Origin: Magallana gigas
Taxonomy: Eukaryota
Reading direction: 5' to 3'
NCBI RefSeq assembly: GCF_963853765.1
Contig: NC_088858.1
Span: forward strand, 11,594,001 to 11,658,000
Length of the DNA stretch: 64,000 nucleotides
Positions 13,737 through 26,294 of this stretch are shown piece by piece. How positions within the stretch are numbered: the stretch's first letter is position 1; each line of letters opens with the position of its first letter. The position numbers were made by a program, and so were the translations under genes. The notes below the pieces were generated by a model. The model saw only the letters and a program-made list of their open reading frames with translations, searched no databases and was not told the DNA's origin.

Positions 13737-14634
13737 CTATAGGTTTCGACGATGTCCCAAGCAACTACGGACTTTTGTGGTCATATGCATCACGAACCGT
13801 ATGATTTTTTTTATATCCTATAAATGTCCAACTCAATTATTTTGTAAAAGACATTTGTTACGTATTGTCATTTTTTTTTTTTTTTTGGAATTTGCGAAAT
13901 GATAGATCCATCAAAATTTATGACAATTCATACTGATGATGAAGTATGGTTCTAATCGTTTCGTACATTTTCTATCTTCAGCGATCGACCCTTTGTCTGT
14001 TCCTCCTTCCATACGGTTTTTAACTTATTTCAATATACATGTTCCATATTATATATGCATTGTACATGATTTTTGCGCTATAACTGCTACGTTAATTACA
14101 TTCTTTATTTGACCAAGACATACATCTCATGGCATAGGTTGTTACATATTATTAAAACGCAATAATGGTATGGTACATGTTCATATGTAAAGACATTGAC
14201 AATGTATATATAATAAATTTTTACTACAGGTGAAAAGAAACCAGAAAATTTTTCTGAATTTAATTATCACGAATTTTAAATGCTAAGTGGAGATTGTACC
14301 TTTTATATAGTTTTTTTTCAATAGTTAATGTCAATACGTCTTTTTTGAGAATTTTGATTTGCCTAAATTTACGGCTTGAGAAAAGGTATATGGATTTGAA
14401 CCTCCTCTACGACGAACTTTCACATCAATTCACTTTTCTAGCGAACTGCAGAAGCTGAGAAAGATGCATGGCTTTTAAATGGACTTATGTGTTTTGTGCC
14501 GAGTTATACAAAGTGCAAGTAAATTGTGTTGTTTAGTTGTAGCTATGCAATATAAACCCTCTCTCCTTGTATCAGTGTCTTCAACATTTATGTTTACATA
14601 TACGCCCAATCCTGTCTGTATCTTTAATACATAC

Positions 14635-17600
14635 CATCGTAATTGATGTTTCCGTCTTTGTCCATTTCAACTTTCGATAGAAGATCCTTCATTTCTTCAT
14701 CAGATATTTTATCATCAAATGACGTAATTAGGTGTTTGAATTCTGGTTGGCTGATGACACCGTTGCCATCCTGGTCATATCTTTGGAAAGCCTCTTTTAT
14801 TTCCGTTTCAAACTTATTCGGATCCTGATAAATATCTTTCACTAAATTTAAAAACTCCGAAAATTCTAAGGATCCGTTCCCTGTATAAAATATGATTGAA
14901 CAAGTCTGTAAAGTATTATAAACACCAAATTTAAAAAAAAAAAAAAAAATGATATGAAACAGACTGTGAAATTGTAAAGTAAAAGTATATAACTATTTCG
15001 TCAAGTTGTACACATGTGCGTTATTCTTACAGTCATATTCGATATTTTCATTGTGAAATCATATTTCAAAAGATCTATCAAAAATAATACCGGTACATGG
15101 TTGTGTTAAGCCACCTTACGGCGATACACAGGGCAACCATGTGCTTACGATTTCTGCATCAATGTTTCTAAGATGTATGAATTTTGCCCCAAAAAAAATT
15201 CAAGGTTCTGGAGTGTCGTTATTTGGAGGACGAAAGAGTTTTACTATGTGTTTTATTTTTAAAAACCGAAAGGCTTATAAAGTGACTTAAAATACGCCAA
15301 ATCCATCAGTTCAAAATTATTTCAATATTTATGCTATGTTTTGCTTGTTTAATGTTGAACCATATTGTGAACTGATCAATGATGTTTCTAAACAATTTAC
15401 AACCAAACGATCGAACCAACTTTCTCCAAACAGGAATATTGTTATTCTCTTACATTACATAGCCAAAGATTTACGTCATCTATATTAATAACATTGATGA
15501 GAAGCGGATATCGTAAAATTCAACAATTTAAGGAAGGTTCATTCAGGATCCCTTATTGCATGGATTAAAAAGAACCTGACCGAAAGACAAATAAAGAGAA
15601 CCTTGGTACATACATATGTCCTTTCTTCGTATCAAATATTAATATACATATTTTATAGAAACCGATGTACATGTAATTCGATCCCAGCTTGGTAGTTCCT
15701 GTATGCAAACGTTAATGATTCTACTGCAAATATATTCAGTCTAAAGAATATGTCATGTTTGATTTTCTAAGTGGGTAAATGTTAATAATTGACAAGCCAC
15801 GTAAAATCATTGCGCTTTGTTGAGTGACTGATAAGGGAGGCACTTTTCCAAAATGTAAATGCCAACTAATAACTTTTAAAAAGAATTATCTTTCTTGTAT
15901 CACAGAATGAACGTAGATTAATTCCACAGGCACCTGACGTTATAGAATTTTCTTATAATAAAATACAATTAACGTTACGTCATATTTCACTTAACTTCAT
16001 GAAGGCTATGTCAATTTGCCCTGCAAAAAAACCGTACCGCAGTTATTAGTATGGGGTATATATTTTTAATTCTGAGAAGAATAACGTCATTAGCCTGTGA
16101 TTAATACCGTTATGATCGACATCATTGATGATGTCCTGTATCTGGGACGTGCTGGCGTTCTGCCCACACGCACGCATCACTCTCTTCAGTTCCCCGGCGT
16201 CAACTGTACCGTCGCCATCGTGATCACAGGCGTCAAAAGCGTCACGTATTTCTGAAAGAAAAAAAGTCCTCATTGTTTATACGATGCTCATATCAGTAAA
16301 TTTTGTAATTATATATTCAATGTCCTTTAAGTTGTAATATGACTGTTGAGAACTCAAATACTGCCGTCTCTTAACTTTAAGTATAAATCTACTGTATCTG
16401 TACTGCATTGATTACATAAATGTTTGTTATAAGCTCACACGAACCTAAGCTTCAAGTGAGGCTTTTCTGATCCATTATACCTTTTGTGAACGTGGAACTA
16501 AAATTTAACGTGAACTCATCTCTGTTTTATGGGAAAATCTTCGCAAGAACTACAAAGCTACAAATTTTTTAGATTAATTTGCAAGCATCCTCAGATAGTG
16601 TAGACTCTTATCAGGCCCATGATCATAAAGTTGATGTATTTTACAACCTTAGTTTTTCGCTCACCGAAACGAAGTCAGGGGGAGCTTATGCTATACCCTC
16701 GGCGTCGGCGTCCGGACCTGGTTAAATTTTTGTTGCAGGTCCTGTATCTAAGCAATTACTTGTCCTATCTTCACCAAACTTGCATGGATGATGCATCTGG
16801 ACCTACTTATGGACTTGAAAGACTTGGGTGCTGAATCTGAGTCCTAAATTTCAGATGCTGGAGGAGGTTAAGGTTGTTGGACCAGGTTAAAGTTTTTGTT
16901 GCAGGTGCCCTTTGATAGCAATATCTAAGTTACTGCTGGTCCGTACTTCACCAAACTTGCATTGATGGTGTGTCTTATAATTCTGATGCACCAGACAGGC
17001 TTGAATGCTGAATCTGACCATAGGTTACAGATGCTGAAGGAGGTTAAGGTTTTTAGAGCTGGTTAAAATTTTTTGATGCAGGTGCCCTCTGATGATTATA
17101 TCTTAGTTACTACTTGTCCTAACTTCACCAGACTTCCATGGATGGTGCGTCTTATGATACTGATGCACCAGACAGGCTCGAATGCTGAATCTGAGCCATA
17201 GGTTTCGGATGCTGGAGGAGGTTAAGGTTTTCTGAGCTGGTTAAAGTTTTTGAAACAGGTGCCCTCTGATGATTATATCTTAGTTATTACTTGTCCTAAC
17301 TTCACCAGACTTCCATGGATGGTGTGCCTTATGATACTGATGCACCTGACAGGCTTGAATGCTGAGTGTCTGAGTCTGAGCCATAGGTTTCGGATGCTGG
17401 ATATAGTTAAGTTTTTTGGAACAGGTCACATGTTTTATAGATAATAGTACTATTTGAAACTTGCATAGTTGATTAAACTGTAATATGAATAAATCACAGA
17501 GGAAGCTTCAGATGCAGAGCCTGATCTCCATTATCAGGGATGCTAAAAAATATATCTTAGTTATTACTGGTCCTAACTTTACTAAACTTGCATGGATGGT

Positions 17601-20600
17601 GCGTCTTATGATACTGATGCACCTGACAGGCATGAATGCTGAATTTGACCCATAGGTTTCGGATGCTGGAGGGAGGTTAAGGTTTTAAGAGCTGGTGTTT
17701 TTGGAGCAGGTGCTCTCTTATGATTATATCTTAGTTATTACTGGTCCTAACTTCACCAAACTTGCATGGATGATGCATCTTATGATACTGATGCACCTGG
17801 CAGGCTTGAATGCTGAATCTGAGGCGTAGGATTCGGATGCTAGATGAGATTTGTTTTTTTGGAACAGGTCACATATTTTATAGATAATAGCTTGCTTAGT
17901 TGATTTAACTATATTATAAATGAAACGCAGAGGTAGCTTCAGATGCAGATCTCCATTATCAAGGATGCTTAAAAAATTCAGAAAATCTAAAAAAAAAAGA
18001 AAATCTCAAACCTGCTTGATAGGCGTGTTCGTTGTTAAATGATATATTATGATTTCTATGATATAGTATTGTATGATATGATACACTATTGTTTTATATG
18101 ATACAATATTATATCATATATCATTGTAAAAAGTTCTATGATACGATATGATATTGTATTAAATTTTTTGTACATTATGATATGATATTGTATCATGATA
18201 TTGTTATGTATAGAATTGTTTATTATGATACAATATTGTATAATATAATATTGTATAATATACTATTTTATCACATGCTATTTCATATGATATTGCAACA
18301 TACAATATTGTATCATATGATATGATATTATATAATATATATTGTATCATATGAAACGATATTGTATAATATAATATTGGTTTATATAATGTATTGTTAT
18401 ATCATATGAAAATGTATTATATGATATTGTATAATGTGATATTGCATCATTTAATACAATATAGTTTAATATGATATTGTATGATATAATATAGTACTAT
18501 ATCACATGAAATTGTATCAATAGATATAATACAATGTTGTATCTAATTTTATTGTATCATTTAATACAATATCCTATCATGTATCAAATATACAATATCA
18601 TACAATACAATATCATACTATAATATTATACAATATAATATCATATGTTACAATATTGTGATGTATTGTGTGATATAATATTGTATCATATATTATTATA
18701 TTGTTTCATATAATATCAATATCATTATTTATTATGATATTGTATTATGTGATCAAATACAATAATGTATAACAAGAAACAATGTCATATTATATGTTAC
18801 AATATCATATTTCATCATTATTTATTACAGTATTTTATTGTAATATATGATATATATTGTAGGTATCATAGGATGCAATATCGTATTTTATATTATTGTA
18901 TTGATAAACATTGTATCATATAATACCCTATGAAATGAACATATGATTATTATACAATTTTTTAATATATGATATTGTTATACGATATTGTGTCAAAACA
19001 GTATCCATGTATATCCAAGATCATTATTAACTATGATTTTCAAATAATATGATAAAGGTGGTCTCATAAAGGTGATTCCTCAGAAAGGTGATGCCTCGTC
19101 TCGGTGAGCTTTGTAATCTGTGATTACCTATGTTTATTGTATCTTTATTAGTTAGTCTGTAACAGTGCCTGCCTTTCACTTTGGATTTATTTTTATTCAT
19201 TTTCTAGATTTGTTATTTCATACGTTGATGCCGAGGAATATTAAGATTGGTCAGTTGGTGCATCTTAGCTCTTAGAATATGATGTTCCATAAAGTGAGAT
19301 TCAATGATCTTTTTGATTTAATATAATTATTGTCTTGGAATATATGAGAACCATTGTGAGTTTTATTTCTAAAAAACAAAAATTGGGGTTTTTAAGTTGA
19401 GCGATGTGGCCCATGATGCTCTTGTTTCAGTTTTTTCTTATGCACGTTGCTTTGAGTTACACCTATGCTTCGAACACTGTACATAAATGTATTTTATCGT
19501 ATTAGAATCTGAATGTAGATACTGCCATAAGAAGCTTGGTTTTTAAAAAGCAGACTGAACAAACAAGTTTGTCCCAGAGAATGTGAGGAAGTGTTACCAT
19601 GAATTGTTTACTCTTGGTCCAATTTAGGACAGAAATATACAGCAATCGACCAAATGTAAAGACATATCAGCCGCAAGATAATAGTGTTCCGTCCAAAGAA
19701 ATTGATGCGTGTATTTCAGAAAGTAAAATTGTAGTAATAAATATTCATTTAATTCTGAATTAGTAATTAAAAAGGAATAATTTTTTTTTTTATATTTCAT
19801 TATTTTTTTTATAAATAAGATGTATAATAATATTTTATTTATTAAAAGTTGTTTGTCTTGATCATTCTCAAAAGGTCTTTTTCTCCTAGGATTCTGTTTA
19901 TTTCCTTATGTTGGAGTTCGATATTGATGTTCAAGATCAAGTTGAGAAAGGCTAATTAAAAGACCCACTTCATCTCCAACATATACACATGTAGTTAATA
20001 ATTTCAACCAAACAATGGGGTGATTGTGATAATGTAATTTCAGGTGTTCTGGTATTAATTTCCGAATAACACACTTTATGTGTTAATGTGTAAATCAAAC
20101 ATAATGCAGAATGCACAGACAATAACCGTAGTGTGAAATATTCCTGTTTCTCTTGAACAAACAGGGTTTTGTTCCCGCCTTTGTTTAACTGTATCGAATG
20201 TATTGGTAAATAATATCTACTAAGTGGAACTGTGTATAAGAGGGAAAACGTGTCAGAGTTCAAAGAAAATTAATAATTCCAAGATTTAACACGGGACAAA
20301 GAAACAGTATGAAATGGTAAATTAAGGCTTTGGTTTTAATCGATTTTACTATATTTTTAATAATGTCTCATGCATTTTAAACAATACTCAATGTGTATTC
20401 TTTACCGGTTTAAAATTCAGTTACAGCACGTGATGTGTATACATATGATAAATAGTATGATATGTATTAATACATACACTTGTGTATGGTTTTTGATTGA
20501 ACCAACAAAAGATATATAACTTTGAAACAATGATTTCGTTAAAATACATGGCTGTCGGTCAGAGTGAGAGAGTGTGTGTGCGTGTTGTGTTCTATAGAGA

Positions 20601-21168
20601 GAGAGAGTTTGTGTTCTAGTACAGTATATGAAACATAACATTGAATAAAACTTAGAAATACCTTCGATCTGTCGAGGAGAGAGGTTTTCCTTTTCAGAGC
20701 TCTGAAATCAATTTGAGGTATTGCAATTTATTTCACCAAAGGTTAAAGTTCTTTAAACATTAATTGCATGTATGTTTCTAAATTTGCCTGTAATGAGCTT
20801 TAGGTAAGCCAACAAAATGTGTGGATACATTGCTTGCATTACAAGACGCGTCTATCAAATAAACTAAATCTTATTTCTATAAAAATGATGAAATGAATAA
20901 GGTTTTGATATTCTCAGTCTTTAAAGTCCTTATAGATACTAAAATAAGTTTACAGAAAAGCACAAAAAAACCAAACATTTCATGTCGAATTTTTTATCGT
21001 CAAAGTCTTTCCAATACGCACCGATTCCCCACTTTTGAATATAATTTGATAAGTATCAAAATCTATCAAATATAATATTAAATAAATAAAATGAATGAAA
21101 ATATTTCATAATATAAAAAATTACATGCTTTTCTAGTTGTAGTATATAAAAATGTCTGATCTTACCAT
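14635..21168 (-). CDS. Calmodulin-like gene A (4 EF-hands); last exon uncertain
   Basis: Exons 21166-21168 (ATG|GTAAG), 20662-20701, 16108-16251 (144 nt), 14635-14880 (246 nt), all GT-AG with compatible phases. Protein MSSEKENLSPRQIEEIRDAFDACDHDGDGTVDAGELKRVMRACGQNASTSQIQDIINDVDHNGNGSLEFSEFLNLVKDIYQDPNKFETEIKEAFQRYDQDGNGVISQPEFKHLITSFDDKISDEEMKDLLSKVEMDKDGNINYD... A candidate last exon is 9896-9909 (DFIK*). Read-through gives GMY* at 14624. Confidence 0.85.
16430..19425 (+). mobile_element. Older degenerate Helentron-type (HINE) element hosting the younger element at 16651-19116
   Basis: 5' piece AAGCTCAC...TCAAGTGAGGCTTTTCTGATC at about 16430 and 3' piece TGAGCGATGTGGCCCATG..CTCTTGTT at about 19398-19425 resemble termini I recall from oyster Helitron-N/HINE families. 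Confidence 0.5.
16651..19116 (+). mobile_element. Composite Helentron-type non-autonomous element (HINE), copy 1: ~177-bp satellite array + AT-rich array, in gene A intron 2
   Basis: 5' TTTT-GCTCACCGAAACGA pairs with 3' subterminal TCGTCTCGGTGAGC (13/14 inverted match), followed by hairpin GTAATC-TGT-GATTAC. GATGCTG(G/A)AGGAGG markers at 16854, 17030, 17208, 17393 give a monomer of about 177 bp. An ATATGATATTGTAT-type array spans 18040-18990. Confidence 0.85.
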
Positions 21169-24100
21169 GTTTAAGTGCTTCCCTTCTTTGGGCACTTTAC
21201 TTCTTGGGACTTTACATTAATCGATCACATACAAGATCGACTCGATACAGGAAAGTTTACCAGCACTTTGGCTCCTTTTCCGTTACAAAAAGGTCAATTT
21301 AAGGTATTTCATTGAATTGAAGAGTTTTATTAACAACAATGGGTGTTGATTAAGCACTTTTTATGTTATTATGCTGAAATCCTTTATAAATGATAAATTA
21401 TAAATGATATCTTTAACCTTTTTTTACAGAACTACACTTCATTTACAGTGATGTATTATACACTGTCAAATATTGCAAAAATAAACAAACTACTAGATAT
21501 ATTGAGTCTATATATATTCTTTAATAATATATAATGTCAAGGAAAATAATGTTATCAAATGGCTGGTGTTCTAACCACTTAACCATTTCAGTCACATCAA
21601 AGTAGTTATTTGAATTCTATACGCGACTTTGACCACGAATATAAAGACTTGTACAAGTACTACTAGTATTTTCCTAAAACGTTCAAGTGTTGGGATACAA
21701 AACGATATTTCTATCTTGGGGTTTTTACTCCATGTTTTTGTTGATTTAAAATAGTTCGTTTTCCGTTATACCTTAATAATATGGAGCCCACAAAACAGCA
21801 TGCTGTTCTTATGATCCGTCAAAACTGAACTTGGTTCTCACCAACCAACCAAACTCGTGCCATAAATCTGAACTCGTCTGTCATCGTAGCTGAAGTTTTA
21901 CTAACCGTTTTCGAGGATCTTTGGTAGTATTGTGTATTTTCTTAAAGATTCGAATATGTCTTCCATGGAAGGGCTGCTTCAGTAGAAGCTCCTCGAGTCT
22001 TTATGATCTGTATTGTTTTTATGATGTTTAACGTCCGGGCAAGAAATTTAACAAGACTCTTTGGCCGTTGCCGTTTTGTAGTATGCTTTACCTCCGAACA
22101 ATTAATAGTTTAATTAATTTAACCAATATAAAATATGGTTAGTAAAGGATGCAAATTATTTTTCCTTCATCAATATGTATTAAGTGAAGTTTAAGTGCAA
22201 TAAATTAAAAAAGATGAATCAATTGACCGATCATTCAAGACCCGGTCTCCATACTCACGTTGAGTCGCGGATCGTCATCAGAGCAAGCAAATCAAAGGTC
22301 TTCAAAGTCAGGATGCTTTGCTTTTACGGACCGCCCAGGTGCCAATACTCAAATGTTTTCACTGAGTGTTCGCAAATAACGCTTTTGAGAAACATCAAGG
22401 ATACATATCAATTTACGGGGAAATGATTATAGAAATCTTAATATATGTTATTAAAAACAAAATGATAATAGCCAAATGGACAAAATGTGTGAACGTTCGG
22501 TCTGCTATAGAAAATAAAAGGTAGACTAAAATAACAGTTCTCTCAATATTTGGAATTCTCCTATTATGGAATTTATCACAGGTAGTTTTTTTGGCACTAT
22601 AGAATCAAATTTTGTGATTAAAATTAATGAAAGGTGCATACTAGTAATTTTTATAGTAGTAGTTCATACCCAATCCAGTCTATAAGTTATCAATATATTC
22701 ATCAATTTTCAAAACAAATTGCTTCATTCATCAATTTTCAATACAAATTGCTTCATTCATTTTAGCTTACATGAGTAATATACATCAATAGCTTATTTCA
22801 TCAATGTGCAGCTTTTGCCGGGTTGCTGTATGCTCGGTGACTGTTTAGGCCCATGGGCCTATATTTATGAAGTAAGGTGATAAGCATATGTATGTACCTC
22901 GAACTCATCAATGGATCAAATTTATTTTCAAACAAATTATGTGAAATAAATGATTATTTCTGTTATCATTTAATAAGCAATTTTTGGATGACATAGAAAA
23001 TGATACTTGCCAAAGTTGTCTTGAAAAGGATTGTTAGTCGGTACGTATTTTTACAATATATGAGTCCGTTTCTTTTTAAAGTGATTTTCCAACTATTCTA
23101 TGTCAGATTTATATGAATTTATTTATTTTCTGATTTTTTATTGTTTAGAAAAGATACAGGTACCGTATCATAAAGATTTAAATTTTCAATTGTTTAGCCA
23201 AAAAATCTTTAATTTCAATTTATATATGTAATCCGGACTTCACTTTCCCCTGCAATATTTCCGTTGTCTGATATTGAGTTATTTACCCTTGTCGGACGTT
23301 CAACACTCCGTTTTTCCATTAGCAATATGAGGTTGGTTGCAGAACATGTCAGTCAATCGATTTAATCAATTTTGGAAGAGACACCACCGGGTCGAACGTG
23401 TTTATTTCGGGATAGTGTTGCTTGTTAAATGCTTTTTTCTGCATCAGTCATCTTCCAGTAAATTTCAATTTAACGCAAAAAACAACCTTTTTAACAAGAG
23501 TAATCAATTTTCAAAGTGTTCAAAGTGCTTTATGACGAAACTTTATTTATCCTTTACCTACAGTGACGTAAATAGTTAAAAGCTATACATACAGTAGGAA
23601 CATCATTATGTACACTGGCATATCTTGTGTAAAGACTGCACAAGAAAGACATTGAAGCATCGTTTAATGATGGGTTTGATTTTTTTTAATTCATATACTA
23701 GCTCAGTACCGATCAATATGGCTTATGCTCTTATCATAATTTTTTTTATATTTTAGAGGCAGGATCAATTGTTCTGAAGGAAGTATCTAACGATTTCTTA
23801 TAAACAATCAGGTTTTTAGAGTTCCTATAAACAATCTACATACATGAATGCATACATACACTCTACATTTATTTACGCTCGTTTTTCATATTTTCTCTTC
23901 ATTTTTGTAACTGTTATTGAACAAATTGAATTTCCTTCTTTACCAGTTTGTATTTTTTAAGTGTCCTGTCAATAAATTTTTTATAAAACTTCTTGACAGC
24001 TTTGGGCAAGTCTTTTCATTTAGTACACACATAGATTTAGCATTTCTTTTGTCTTTTGTAATCAAATTCTAAATTTTACGCGTAAAAACTTTGTATAATC

Positions 24101-24291
24101 AACTACAGATCATCATACTCATAACAGACCTAGAATAGACAAGTAAAGATTAAGTCCTTTTATATTATAATATGAATACATCCGTTATAAATTTTGAGCC
24201 CTTCACATTAGTCTATGCTCTCTTCACAATAAATAACAAAATCACCGAACCAATATATTTGGTCCATATTGCACATGTTTTGTTTGCTTCT

Positions 24292-25155
24292 TCAATCCGC
24301 CGAGAATCGCTCATTCAGGATCAATGCAAACTCTGCAAAAGAAAGTTAAAAAGCATAAACTTCACTTGACAACGCATCAAATAGAAATTCGAAAACTGAA
24401 TTCATTAAGAGCAACTCTCTTGAGACTATTTAGTTTCCTCATGTGGAGAAAGGTTGATATTGAAAATTGAAAATCCAATCTCAGATAAAGCCCGGCCTTG
24501 TATACTTAAGTCGTATATGCAGAATATCAATACATATTCCATTGTGTATGATTACATAAACTATTTTCATACGTACAGAATTTCATTGTGTATGATGACA
24601 TAAACTATTTTAAAAGTAGCACGGAAAACCTTGGGATATTAATACAGATGATAATAATGTGTTGTAAATTTTGAATTTATCGAGTAATCAAGATCGATAG
24701 TGAAATTATACGGAAATATATATGTCGTAAATTTTATTGTATTTCGAAAGAAAGTACGTCACAAAATGGAGGAGTGTAATATCTCCTTAAGACTACATGT
24801 ACATGTAGAGCCATACCTTCGTAGTTAATTTGTCCGTCTTTGTCCAAATCAGATTGGTTGAAGAACTCCTGCAAGTCCTCGTCACTGATGCTGTTCTCTC
24901 CTCGCTGTAAAATGGACTTGGCCTCATCTATTGTGATGTAACCACTGCCGTCCTTATCGAACACCCGGAACGCCTCCTTCACCATGGACATTTCTTCATC
25001 CTCGGACCGGAATTTAGAGGGTGCATATTCCAGGAACATCTCGAACGAAATCTCACCGGTTCCTACAAATTTTTAACATAAATATATTCTTTTATCGTAA
25101 CACTCACAAGGAGTTAGGAAGTTTCAAAATTTCAAATCTAGGCCGATAGACTTTG

Positions 25156-25220
<65 letters not shown>

Positions 25221-26294
25221 ACCCTCTGGGTCCAGGTCCACGAGAAATTCCTCTAGCTCCTCTGGTGTTGGATTTTGGTTCATAGCATGGAGGAGACGCT
25301 CCAATTCTCCGGCGTCGATCACTCCATTACCGTTCGAGTCAAACATGTTGAAAATCAACTTCATTTCTAAATCGACACATAAATGTATTTTTAATCACTG
25401 TTTAGTTAAATCATCCATATTTAAAATAAATTATTTTTTTATCGTAATGGTTGCAATTATTTTCAGATCATCAATTATTGGTATACCTCGAAGTTGCTCT
25501 TCCGTCAAATGCTCAGCCTAAAAGAAGTAAAAACTGTATCAATATTTGAAGAGATTTCATATCATTCAATGTGTGTTTTTACCCTATATTGTACATGCAT
25601 GTATATACATTTTTACAACGACTACATTGTCGTTTTTAAGGTTTACATATGTACATCAAGCCATAATTTTCCACGTTAAAGGTACATATACATGCATGTG
25701 ATTTTCATATTATTCTCATTCTTGTATAAAAGACAATACAGAGGAGTGAGGGTCAAACGTGGCTAAATTGATTAAGTTCCAAAAATGTTTGTATATGAAA
25801 TTTGAAGTGACCCTCTGCTGTGTATTTAACTCAAACGTCTCTGAGTTTAGACAAATTTGAATGACAAAAGTGAGTGTTTACTCGAAGGCAGTGGACAAGA
25901 ACCGTGTTTACGTTGTTTGCATTTTACCCTGAAGTGTTTCACTAACGGCAGAAACTAGAACATCTAATGATGTACTTCATTTATAATGACTGAGTTTTCT
26001 AAAGAATTCTCTTAAAATGATATGCTTAAAAGTAAAATAGCTCAATTACTAAAGCAACTAGATTTAACGAGTTATAAATTATGCCTTGTGTAGATTCTTC
26101 CTTTTAGGTTTCATAAATCTGGGTTTTGAAATACCATGCATGAAGAATTGTCAGCAAACCATCGAAACAAAAAGCGTATCGGAGTATCGATTTCATCAGG
26201 AATATTTTTTAAAAGTATTTTTGTTTGTTTATTAATTGATCCCAAATTACTTTTGCTTAGCTTTAAGAAATAAAAAGAATAATACTCTTACCAT
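24292..26294 (-). CDS. Calmodulin-like gene B, 154 aa
   Basis: Exons 26292-26294, 25487-25517 (31 nt), 25223-25366 (144), 24817-25062 (246), 24292-24332. Protein [154 protein letters not shown]. Confidence 0.92.
25159..25216. repeat. (TC)n microsatellite in gene B intron 3
   Basis: Seen directly; on the minus strand it abuts the splice donor. Confidence 0.95.

Noticed and set aside
13280-14460. Other candidate last exons for gene A (EFLDKF at about 13325, DFIKNI at about 13600, acceptors at about 14228, 14252, 14446)
   Set aside because: They have weak acceptors, lie inside a transposon, or give non-EF-hand or overlong tails. None is preferable without RNA data.
16481-16497. 17-nt AG...GT micro-exon candidate for gene A
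   Set aside because: Its phase is incompatible with the ATG-only exon 1. Exon 20662-20701 fits both phase and homology.
16700-17950. Regular repeats that might be taken for a CRISPR array (also 29669-29990)
   Set aside because: The context is eukaryotic, units are contiguous with no unique spacers, and there are no cas genes.
21830-22100. GC-richer coding-looking patch between genes A and B
   Set aside because: Stops in the frames I read and no recognisable homology; could be a decayed element.
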